Positions 18,556-27,137 of a DNA stretch of 64,000 bases are shown piece after piece. The stretch comes from Candidatus Woesearchaeota archaeon (GTDB lineage: Archaea; Nanobdellota; Nanobdellia; Woesearchaeales; 0-14-0-80-44-23). Both the position numbers and the translations under genes were made by a program. The notes under the pieces are model-generated. The model was not told the DNA's origin. It did not search any database and was given only the letters and a program-made list of their open reading frames with translations. The stretch covers positions 64,001-128,000 of the forward strand of contig JAVZCZ010000001.1 of NCBI GenBank assembly GCA_038874135.1, in the 5' to 3' direction. The number at the start of each line of letters is the position of its first letter. The stretch's first letter is position 1.

Positions 18556-20454
18556 TTATTTTTTTATTGGAAGTATGACTTCAAAGTAGGTCCTTTGCGG
18601 GTCTGAATAAACGCTTATTCTCCCTCCGTGTTGCTTTTCAACTATTTCTCTGCACATATAAAGTCCAATTCCCCTTCCTTCTTCTTTCTTATTCTTTGTG
18701 CTGTAATACTTGTCAAATATCTTGTCTATATCAGAGGGGGGTATCTGAGGCCCGTCGTTTTCTATCCTTACTGCCAGTTCATTTTCGTTAAGTGAGTACG
18801 CGTCTATGATTATGTTTTTTGCTCCGGCTTCAATTGCATTGTTTATTATGTTTGTCCAAACCTGGTCCAGCGCTCCGGGGTAGCATGTTATCTTAGGAAT
18901 TTGTTTATCTTCATATCTCTTATCTATTACAACTCCACCCAGCTTTACTTCCATTATTAGAACTGTGCTGTTTATTCCAGTTCTTATGTCATAGTTTTCT
19001 GCTTTTCCCCCGTAGGTGTAGTCTCTTATAGCTCCTACTAGGTCTGCTATTCTTTTTGCTGATATTTTCATCGTGGATAGCGAATGTCTTATATCAAATA
19101 GCGAGTAAGCTGATTCAATCACTTCCACGCCGTGCCTTTCTATAAGGCTTAGAAGCTTCTCACTAGTGGCTTCTGGCAGTTGCATCTTGGCATATTTTTC
19201 TATTAAGCTGTCAATTGTTATGCCTCTTTTGCTTAGCACTTCTCTAGCCTTCTGCTTTGCTCTTATCCACTCTATCCCGGTAAGGTTTCTGGATGTTTCG
19301 GCGTGTTTCGCTATTTCCTCTTCTAGTGAAAAATAATCGTTCATCTCTTCCTTGGCAATTCCTCTGCTGAATAGCCTGGCTACATTTCTGCTGTATGCTC
19401 CGTTGGCTTCAATCAGGTGTTCTATTCCTGGAAGTACTCCCAGCATAAGCGTGTTTATCTGATGATTTACCTGCTCTGAGAATTTTGCATATTCTGCCTG
19501 CGCTTTTGTTCTCACTATGATTTCCTGTGCCTCTTTTAACTCCTTTAATGCTGTTTCCAATTCGTTGTTTGTTCTTTTTAATTTTTCATTTATGACCTTC
19601 CACTTGTGTGCGAGGTATGCATTTGACAGAACAGGCTGTATTGTGTTGGCAATTTTTTCTAGTATCTTCATTGATTTTTCTGATATCGGATTGAGATCCC
19701 AATAGTCAAAATCTGATAGGTGTATTACGCCCAATACATATTCTGTTCCTCTTTCGTCCTTTGCGAGAATTGGAACCATTATGCTGCACATCTTTATCCA
19801 AAACTCGTATTCAGCTTCTTTTCCCGTCAGGGGTTTGCATCCGTAATCTTCAACATTGCTTCTCTGAAATTGTCTTATCTTTTGTTCTATGTAGTCATCT
19901 ACACTTTTTATTCTCCCTTCGGATATGTCATACTTGAGAAGTTCTTCCAGCTGTTTCTTATTCCTAGTGAATTGTAATCCTCTTTTCTCCCTTACAATTC
20001 TTAATGTTGGCCCTTTTATCTGGGAGTAGTACACTTCGCCAAATTCAATTATGTTTGTATCTTCCATTTCCGGTTGGGGTTCTAACTTGTCGTTGTGAAA
20101 ACATCTTGTTATCTGCTGGTAGGCTATTGGCTGGCTGTTTAATCTTTCCATGTTTTTAAGTTCTGGCTCCAATTTTTTAGCCCGTTGTATTAGTCCTTCA
20201 AATGTGAAGAGCTCTCCATCTTCTATGTCTCTTATCTCAGCTCCTGTTTCTGGAACTAATCTGAACTCTATCAGTTTTATGTTGTTTATTCCTAAACCTT
20301 CTCCAATATCATAAGCTATCTTACTTATGAGTTCGTTTTTGTCGTATTCTTCAGGCTTGTTTATCAGTACGGCTTTCCCGTATTTCTCTCCAAGCCTTTC
20401 TAATAGTGGTTCTCCTTCTCTTTCAAGTATTAAATCCAGGGTGGAAGCCATCAA
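18556..20454 (-). CDS. cytoplasmic GAF-containing sensor histidine kinase
   Basis: GAF end IMVPI...VLGVIHL...ILEKIAN; H-box NHQINT; N-box QVWTNIINNAIEA; NDGPQIP; FDKYYSTK; GRGIGLY; QHGGRI; no TM helix. Confidence 0.9.
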   Translation of the reverse strand: MMASTLDLILEREGEPLLERLGEKYGKAVLINKPEEYDKNELISKIAYDIGEGLGINNIKLIEFRLVPETGAEIRDIEDGELFTFEGLIQRAKKLEPELKNMERLNSQPIAYQQITRCFHNDKLEPQPEMEDTNIIEFGEVYYSQIKGPTLRIVREKRGLQFTRNKKQLEELLKYDISEGRIKSVDDYIEQKIRQFQRSNVEDYGCKPLTGKEAEYEFWIKMCSIMVPILAKDERGTEYVLGVIHLSDFDYWDLNPISEKSMKILEKIANTIQPVLSNAYLAHKWKVINEKLKRTNNELETALKELKEAQEIIVRTKAQAEYAKFSEQVNHQINTLMLGVLPGIEHLIEANGAYSRNVARLFSRGIAKEEMNDYFSLEEEIAKHAETSRNLTGIEWIRAKQKAREVLSKRGITIDSLIEKYAKMQLPEATSEKLLSLIERHGVEVIESAYSLFDIRHSLSTMKISAKRIADLVGAIRDYTYGGKAENYDIRTGINSTVLIMEVKLGGVVIDKRYEDKQIPKITCYPGALDQVWTNIINNAIEAGAKNIIIDAYSLNENELAVRIENDGPQIPPSDIDKIFDKYYSTKNKKEEGRGIGLYMCREIVEKQHGGRISVYSDPQRTYFEVILPIKK

Positions 20455-20549
20455 AGAAAAGAACCACTTTCAATATTTAAATTTTTCTAAAAAGGTTGTT
20501 ATTGTGCAGTTAAGAAAACTTTATATATTTGCTTATTTTACTCGTGCGT

Positions 20550-21431
20550 ATGGATGATAAAATAGAAGGTAAAATGGCAGAAACAGATATCACTGGAACA
20601 AATGGGCTCGCATATCTTCTTAATAAGCTTCTCTCAGACATTTCAGCTCAGGATTTTGTGAGCTACAAGATTAATCGTAAAATCGTTGAAAATAAGGTTT
20701 ATTCCATACTAAACCAAAAAAATAGCTGTTTGCTTACCTCTAGCACATCTGATAATCCTTTGGATACAGAATATTGTTTATTTCTTGAAAATTACTGCAG
20801 TGAAGCAGGATTAAAACTTGTTAATCAGTATAGGTTCTTCTTAATTAAGCGCCCAAACTCTAAGCTGAACTATGAAATAATTGATTACGAAAATACTAAG
20901 ATAATGTGTCAATATACAGAGATATTTACACTGAAAAATTGTAAGAACGAGGCAGAATTAAAAAAACTGCTCAGTGATTTTAAGAATAGTTTTGATAAAA
21001 TTGTTGAAGCGTGCTGCAAGATAGAAGATGAATTTGAAGATTCTATTAAGATAAAAGTGCCTACAAAAATAAACTCTTTTCTTTCTCATGTTGAGAACAT
21101 CAAGTTTGAACATCAGAAAAATTCCAGCACGCCTATAATTATAAGAGAGATAAGCAATATCTTGTCTGAAATGCTCTATCCTGAGAAGCCATACCTCTCC
21201 GGTTTTGATTTATCCGCTCAGAATGAGGTGTTGTCAAAATATGACGGTTCTTATTTGATGCTCATAGCCAGGATTATCACAGGAGATCTCATACATAATA
21301 GTGGGTTTAAGAGTTTTGAAAATGAAGAAGAACTTAAAGCTCGCGTATCATCCAAAGCAAACGAATTGTATGCGCAGCCGCTAGAAGAAATTATAAATAA
21401 AATAAAATCTTCTTACCAGTTAACATTTTGA
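20550..21431 (+). CDS. hypothetical protein
   Basis: ~290-aa ORF with TTTATATA upstream; no motif recognised. Confidence 0.55.
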   Translation: MDDKIEGKMAETDITGTNGLAYLLNKLLSDISAQDFVSYKINRKIVENKVYSILNQKNSCLLTSSTSDNPLDTEYCLFLENYCSEAGLKLVNQYRFFLIKRPNSKLNYEIIDYENTKIMCQYTEIFTLKNCKNEAELKKLLSDFKNSFDKIVEACCKIEDEFEDSIKIKVPTKINSFLSHVENIKFEHQKNSSTPIIIREISNILSEMLYPEKPYLSGFDLSAQNEVLSKYDGSYLMLIARIITGDLIHNSGFKSFENEEELKARVSSKANELYAQPLEEIINKIKSSYQLTF

Positions 21432-21532
21432 GATGCTGTCTTGGTGTCTTCAACTTCTTCCAGCTCTTCAAAGCTGATTATTGAACCGCACTTTGGGCAC
21501 TTATACTTTCTTACCTTCTTGGGCCTTGGCAT
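21413..21532 (-). CDS. 39-aa CPxCG microprotein (not in ORF track)
   Basis: MPRPKKVRKYKCPKCGSIISFEELEEVEDTKTASQNVNW with GGAGGT SD 7 nt upstream. Confidence 0.5.
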   Translation of the reverse strand: MPRPKKVRKYKCPKCGSIISFEELEEVEDTKTASQNVNW

Positions 21533-21649
21533 CTTTCTTACCTCCATCTGAGTATTTTTTTTGTCTTTTTTTATTATTTTCTGTTTAAAAGCTTTAAAGT
21601 ATTTAAAGATATCGGTATATTAAATAGTATATTAGAATACAAAATATAT

Positions 21650-21940
21650 TTATTTTTCCCTTATTTTTTCATAGATTGTATTAACCACATCTTCCACTGT
21701 TTTTATATTATTCAAAGCTTCATCGCTTACTGTGAACTTCTTTCCATACTTCTTATTTAAGGTTTCTTCCAGGTACATTGCAAAGTCCAGCATTGCAAGC
21801 GAATCCAGATAATCCCGGATAGGCGTTTCTGGCTTTATCTCCACTTTTTTGTTATGCGGCTCGCAAATCCTAATCCCATTTTCCACTATCCTATATATCT
21901 CTTTATATTCCCTCTCTTTGTCACTAGGATTATACTCCAT
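21650..21940 (-). CDS. acyl carrier protein
   Basis: IKPETPIRDYLDSLAMLDFAMYLEE...VSDEALNNIKTVEDVV has the phosphopantetheine DSL motif and ACP helix pattern; overlaps the ligase stop. Confidence 0.82.
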   Translation of the reverse strand: MEYNPSDKEREYKEIYRIVENGIRICEPHNKKVEIKPETPIRDYLDSLAMLDFAMYLEETLNKKYGKKFTVSDEALNNIKTVEDVVNTIYEKIREK

Positions 21941-23903
21941 TTTTTTCACCTCTCTCATATTCTTCAAAGAATTTTTTCCTCTTTACCTTCTTAGTTTCTG
22001 AAAGGCACTCTTGCGCTATTGGCTCTGTGTGGAAAACTACTTCATCTATTGTTTCGTGCTTATGGAACCTTTTGCTCTCAATTATTTTTCTTTTAATTTC
22101 TTCCTCTAAATGAGCATAACCTTTATTAACATTTAGAAAATCCTTATTTAAAAATATGTGTGCCCTCAGCTTATCATTTTTGTAAGTAACGACTGCATTA
22201 TCCACATAGGGCAGGGCTCTCAGCTCATTTTCCAGTACGGCTGGCTCAATCTTTTCACCGTTCCTCAACACAATTGTGTCATCAGCCCTCCCAATTATCT
22301 TTATGAATTCATCTATAGTCTTCATCGCCAAATCTCCAGTTTTAAGGTATCCGTCCTGAGTGAATGCCTTAGCAGTTAGCTCTTCATTCTTGTAATAGCC
22401 TTTCATCACATTTGGGCCCCTTAAGAGCAATCTACCCACACTTCCAGGGCCTACTTCTCTTTCATTTTCATCTACTATTTTGTATTCTATTCCTGGGAGC
22501 ACTTTTCCTACGGTGAATATCTTGTGTCCAATGCTCATGTTCTTGTAATATTTTGGAACTCTTACGGCATCCACAACTATGGTTTCTGTCATTCCGTAGC
22601 CCTCGCTTATTTGTGGAATTGTTGGCCTTCCAGCGCTGAAGAACTCATCTATCTCTTCCGGCAGAGGTCCTGCTCCGCTTATTATTATTCTAAGCTTTTT
22701 TCCAATCTTCTCTTTTAGTGGTTCATAAATCTTTTTTTGAGCCAGCTGATGTATTGGCTTTAATAAGGCTGCTTTTATTTTGGATTTTAGAATTTTAGTA
22801 TTGTCTGGCTCCTCTTCTTCTGAAAAGATTGGCTCTTCATCATTTATGATTCTTATTGCTCTGTCGTATTCAATTGCTCCTTTTATGAGCATTTTGGCAA
22901 TTATTTTTTCCAGCGGGGAAGATTGTTCTATCTTTCTCATAGTTGCTTTGTATAGCAGCACTAGTATGTCGGGCACAAGAGTTATTACTGTGTGTTCTGC
23001 ATTTTTTAAGTCGGAGAGTAGCGTGTTTATGCTTCCATAATATATTGAGCCGCCTACTGCGAGCATTCCATAGTTTACCTGTCTTTCATATGCGTGCCAT
23101 ATTGGTAGAATTGTGAGCAGTCTGTCTTCTTCATTTACTCCGAAAACTTTTCCTAATAGTGCCATGTTGTGCATATAGTTGCTGTGGGTGAGCATTGCGC
23201 CTTTCGGAATTCCAGTTGTACCTGAGCTGTATATTATTGAAGCTAGGTCATCCCCTTTCAATTCAGATATTCTTCTCTCAACTTCTGAGCTTCCCTTCTT
23301 GATAAGCTCAACACCAATGCGCATTAAATCTTTATACGAAATTATATTTCCTATTTCTCCTTCAAAGTCCTTGTCTATGACTATTACCTTTTTTAGGCGG
23401 CTTCCATTTTCTGGAAGGTTTTTTATGTATTCCAGTGTTGGGATTATTGCAACTTCTGCTCCTGAGTGTTCCAGTATGGTTCTTATTAGTTCTGAAGGAG
23501 CGTTTACGCCTCTTGGCACATCTACTGCTCCTGAGTATTGTATTGCTAAGTTTGTTATAAGCCACTCTGGAGAGTTTTCTAATATCATGGCAACCCGGGT
23601 TCCCTTTTCAAGTCCGATATACTTTATCAGTGCTTCTGCAAATGTAGTTACCATCTCGTCAAGTTGGGCGTATGTTATACTTTTTAGAGTTTCATCCTGC
23701 TTGTATATTAGAGCTGTTCTGTCAGAAAACTTCTTTGCTGATTCCCTTATAACTTGTGGTATTGTTGAGTATTGGAATTTAAAAGCAGACTCTTCTTTAA
23801 GTTCTCTTCTGTTCTCTTCTTGGTGTTGAATGGTTTCTTCTTTAATTCTTTGTATTGCAGAATGTCTTGAAATTATACTTTCAAGATTATCTTTTCTTAC
23901 CAC
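21930..23903 (-). CDS. long-chain fatty acid--CoA/ACP ligase (AMP-binding, FadD15/Aas-like)
   Basis: YSSGTTGIPKG, LPIWHAYER, EGYGMTET, GPNVMKGYY, TGDL, GRADD, NGEKIEP. Confidence 0.93.
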   Translation of the reverse strand: MVRKDNLESIISRHSAIQRIKEETIQHQEENRRELKEESAFKFQYSTIPQVIRESAKKFSDRTALIYKQDETLKSITYAQLDEMVTTFAEALIKYIGLEKGTRVAMILENSPEWLITNLAIQYSGAVDVPRGVNAPSELIRTILEHSGAEVAIIPTLEYIKNLPENGSRLKKVIVIDKDFEGEIGNIISYKDLMRIGVELIKKGSSEVERRISELKGDDLASIIYSSGTTGIPKGAMLTHSNYMHNMALLGKVFGVNEEDRLLTILPIWHAYERQVNYGMLAVGGSIYYGSINTLLSDLKNAEHTVITLVPDILVLLYKATMRKIEQSSPLEKIIAKMLIKGAIEYDRAIRIINDEEPIFSEEEEPDNTKILKSKIKAALLKPIHQLAQKKIYEPLKEKIGKKLRIIISGAGPLPEEIDEFFSAGRPTIPQISEGYGMTETIVVDAVRVPKYYKNMSIGHKIFTVGKVLPGIEYKIVDENEREVGPGSVGRLLLRGPNVMKGYYKNEELTAKAFTQDGYLKTGDLAMKTIDEFIKIIGRADDTIVLRNGEKIEPAVLENELRALPYVDNAVVTYKNDKLRAHIFLNKDFLNVNKGYAHLEEEIKRKIIESKRFHKHETIDEVVFHTEPIAQECLSETKKVKRKKFFEEYERGEKNGV

Positions 23904-23972
23904 TTTATCACCGATATTTTTTTACTTAGAAGTAGTGATAATTTTATTTTATTTAAATCTTTTGCTTTTTTA

Positions 23973-25055
23973 CTATTTTCCAACTACAATCTTCTTAGCT
24001 TCTATAATTGCTTGCTTGTGCTTCTCCTGATGCTCCTTAAGCATCTTGTTTAAGAATTCCATGCAGTTCTTCTTGCACTCCCCACAGAGAAGCCTGCCGC
24101 TTCTGCACTCTGAATATGTCTCTTCTAAGAATTTGTCTTCAGGATGGTGAAACTTAAAGATTTCATAGACCTTGCAAACTTCAGGATTGCCACCTTTTTT
24201 TCTTTGCTCCTCAACAGATTCTCTGCCACCTGTGAATGCCTTGGATATCTTCTTCTTTACTTCGTCAGGAGTGTCTTTTAAGAATATTGCAGTTTCAGGG
24301 TCTGAGGAGCTCATTTTGGAGTTTTCTTTAAGCCCTGAAAGGTGTTGAAAATAAAAGAAGGATGGAATCTCAAAATTGTAGTCCAGACGCTTTGCCACAT
24401 CTCTTGTCAGCCGAGCGTGAGGATCCTGGTCTATACCTATACCTGTTACCGAAGGGGCCTTCCCAAAGTATTCTGGAAGCTGCACGTGTAGTATGTCTGC
24501 TATCTGCAGGAAAACAGAAGCGATCTTTCCCAAGTCTGTATGCCCGTATATTGCTTCAAACATATTGTTGGTTATCTTTTTTGAAATCTCATATGAAAGC
24601 TGATAATACTCTTTCGGCATGTTTGACTGGGCGTAAATCTCTTCAGCAGGAATTCCGAGAGCGATTGCATCTGCAGCGTTTCTTATTCCTATCTCCTTAG
24701 CAATCTTCATAGAAGGCACTTTTGGGTCTGGTCTACTTACATATCCGTCAATATCTGCTATACAAAATCTGCTCTTGGCTCCTAATTTTCTAAATTCCAG
24801 ATAGAAGTCTATGTCTGTTTTGTGTCCAAGATGTAAATCCCCCGAGGATGCTATTCCTGTTAGTTGTAAGAATTTTTTTCTCTGTTTTATTGCTTCGGCT
24901 ATCTTCTGAAAGTCACGATGTGCTATTATTATCTTTCTTTTGAACAGATAGTGCTGGCTGATTGAGTAGTCGTTAAATTTTGATAATCCGAATTCTTCAA
25001 ACACATGTTCATAGTTTCTTATTGCGTTTGAGTCCCATGCGTTTATCTGAGTCAT
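23973..25055 (-). CDS. trpS: tryptophanyl-tRNA synthetase (archaeal type)
   Basis: HLGH, GIDQDPH, KMSSS, AFTGGR, CGECKK. Confidence 0.94.
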   Translation of the reverse strand: MTQINAWDSNAIRNYEHVFEEFGLSKFNDYSISQHYLFKRKIIIAHRDFQKIAEAIKQRKKFLQLTGIASSGDLHLGHKTDIDFYLEFRKLGAKSRFCIADIDGYVSRPDPKVPSMKIAKEIGIRNAADAIALGIPAEEIYAQSNMPKEYYQLSYEISKKITNNMFEAIYGHTDLGKIASVFLQIADILHVQLPEYFGKAPSVTGIGIDQDPHARLTRDVAKRLDYNFEIPSFFYFQHLSGLKENSKMSSSDPETAIFLKDTPDEVKKKISKAFTGGRESVEEQRKKGGNPEVCKVYEIFKFHHPEDKFLEETYSECRSGRLLCGECKKNCMEFLNKMLKEHQEKHKQAIIEAKKIVVGK

Positions 25056-25123
25056 GAATATTGAAAATGGCAAGATTGTTTATAAATTTATCTTACTTTG
25101 TTAATTGTTATAGAAAAATAGGT

Positions 25124-25347
25124 GCTGGCGTTCTGGACTCGGTGAAAGAGTTCCTTTGCATGCACCTATCGAACTTAACCGTTGGTGCTGCATCAAGGTT
25201 ATCTCTTTCGCACGTGGAATATCGCTTACCGCGGTGTAGATCGCATACGGCGAGTCAAGGTCCAGTCGCCGTATTAATCGCCGAACACCGGGCAGAGGCT
25301 ACTCCCGCCGCATCCTTTTGCAGGACACCCGAAGTTTCCACGCCAGC
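25124..25347 (-). ncRNA. unidentified structured RNA (~224 nt)
   Basis: GC-rich island in an AT-rich intergenic region; terminal helix GCTGGCG/CGCCAGC; internal helices; BRE-TATA at 25371-25385 about 25 nt upstream on the minus strand; T-rich tail downstream. Confidence 0.6.
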
Positions 25348-25460
25348 GAAATTATTTAAATACTCTCATCTATATAAACTTTTCTTTTTTTTGTTGTCAT
25401 TGAACAGTAACTACAAAATAGAAAGGTTTATATATTAAATCCTCTTTTTTAGATGTAGAG

Positions 25461-26306
25461 ATGATGAATATGAGCGAATACGAGGCTAAGCTTGAAATTG
25501 CTAAGCAAATTTTAGAATCCCTTTGTAATAAAGAATTGTCACATTCAGAACTGGAAGATATGGTGTACGACTTCTTTAGAGTCAGAAAGAGCAGAGAAGA
25601 AAAAAGCGAATTCCTAAACAATTATGACTCCTATAAGCTTATCCCTTATTCTAAATATGGTTTTGCGCGCAACATTGATAAGAAAAAATGCCTATCCAGA
25701 GAAGACAATTATTGGTTAAGATTTTTGTTCAACCACAAATCAGATTTTCACTACAAAATCCCCAAGCAGGGTTCTGATATTGAATTGTATTACAAAGCAT
25801 ACTTTACTTTAAAAGCAGAAAACCCTGAGGAATTCAAGAAAAATTATGAAAGACTTGGAATGGCTCTTCCTGAAATAATTGCCTTCCTATACGCCCTTGG
25901 AATTGTGAATAAGGATGAAATCCAGGCAAAAGTTTCTAACAATCCATACAAGATGTATACAACCAGAGACAACCTTGTTGTGCACTGCCGCAAGCCCGAA
26001 ACAGTTAAACAGGCAATTGCAGGTATAAATCACATCCTTGAAAAATATGGCACAACAATTGAGATTCACCACGGCTTTGACTTTTATAATAATGGTTCTA
26101 AATTTGAGGGAAGCCACACCCAACTGATATCTAGAATAATCTCAAGAAGGCTCTTAATGAATATAGATGATTACACTTTAATATCACCTGAAAATCTTGC
26201 CTCTTTTATACTTTCACAAAACGATGAGCTATCCCGCATGAGCCCACTTAATTTATACGCTCAGCTTAAAATGACTCAAGGTGAAAATTTTGAAGAGATA
26301 CAATAA
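25461..26306 (+). CDS. hypothetical protein
   Basis: 281-aa ORF overlapping the downstream PRTase gene. Confidence 0.6.
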   Translation: MMNMSEYEAKLEIAKQILESLCNKELSHSELEDMVYDFFRVRKSREEKSEFLNNYDSYKLIPYSKYGFARNIDKKKCLSREDNYWLRFLFNHKSDFHYKIPKQGSDIELYYKAYFTLKAENPEEFKKNYERLGMALPEIIAFLYALGIVNKDEIQAKVSNNPYKMYTTRDNLVVHCRKPETVKQAIAGINHILEKYGTTIEIHHGFDFYNNGSKFEGSHTQLISRIISRRLLMNIDDYTLISPENLASFILSQNDELSRMSPLNLYAQLKMTQGENFEEIQ

Positions 26307-27129
26307 ATACCGCGTATGCACTTCGGAATATGGCCTTGCAATTGATGAACTAATTTTGAAAATTGAAAAGAACCAGGATTTTTTCTTTCTCAGGAATGCC
26401 TATCCTGCTGCCCTTCAACTTTATTATGATGGACTGATAGAGAAGAGTGGCTATTCTTGGAATAAGCATGAGAAGGTGCTTAATGAGCTCTACTCCGCCT
26501 TGCAAGGCTTCTTTGGAGCATACTACAACAAGGATCGTATTAGATTTAATTTTTATAAGAGAAATGCTAGGGAAGCATTTCTGGACAATCGCAAGTTAAT
26601 AATTGAGTATTCCAACAAAAATGTTGCTAAGCATAGACACTTAGAGGGAATGCTGGAAGATGTGATACGCTCTTTCAGACTTCTTAAGGACATTTCAAAG
26701 AATTGGAAGTTTGATTCATTAGTGCCTATAGCTTCAGGTGGGTTTGAGCCTGGCTTTGCTGCATACTATATTTACCCTGAAGCAAACTTCTTCTCAGTAA
26801 GGTATTCTAGCTTTTCAAGGGGCGATGAGGATGTTCTAATTCCCTCTGAACAGCCGTTTGGAGAGCTCTCTAAAGCCATATCTCACTCTGATGTCCTGCT
26901 GATTGACGACATAATTTACAAAGGTGACACTTTAAGAAGTGTATATTCCTTTGCTGTGGAGAATGGTGCCAAGCGAGTTTTTTGTTTGGCAGTCAATATG
27001 CAGACAGAAATTTTAAAGAACAGGTTGGTGTTGAAAGAGGCGTCATTTGAAGTAGATAATGCTGTTTTCTCATCCAACAGAGAAACTTGGTTTTTTGAGA
27101 TTGTGGATGATGTTTCACTTAGAATATGA
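26281..27129 (+). CDS. type I phosphoribosyltransferase domain protein
   Basis: VPIASGG and PRPP loop VLLIDDIIYKGDTL. Confidence 0.8.
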   Translation: MKILKRYNKYRVCTSEYGLAIDELILKIEKNQDFFFLRNAYPAALQLYYDGLIEKSGYSWNKHEKVLNELYSALQGFFGAYYNKDRIRFNFYKRNAREAFLDNRKLIIEYSNKNVAKHRHLEGMLEDVIRSFRLLKDISKNWKFDSLVPIASGGFEPGFAAYYIYPEANFFSVRYSSFSRGDEDVLIPSEQPFGELSKAISHSDVLLIDDIIYKGDTLRSVYSFAVENGAKRVFCLAVNMQTEILKNRLVLKEASFEVDNAVFSSNRETWFFEIVDDVSLRI

Positions 27130-27137
27130 ATGGCTTA

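Noticed and set aside
25124-25347. T-box riboswitch, SRP RNA, RNase P RNA or 5S rRNA identity for the structured RNA
   Set aside because: No UGGNACC T-box, no SRP helix-8 motif, no convincing RNase P CR-V or P2/P3, wrong size for 5S; trpS appears to have its own TATA at about 25079-25086
25061-25438. 125-aa plus-strand ORF
   Set aside because: Overlies the structured GC-rich RNA, has no protein-like features and overlaps the trpS upstream region
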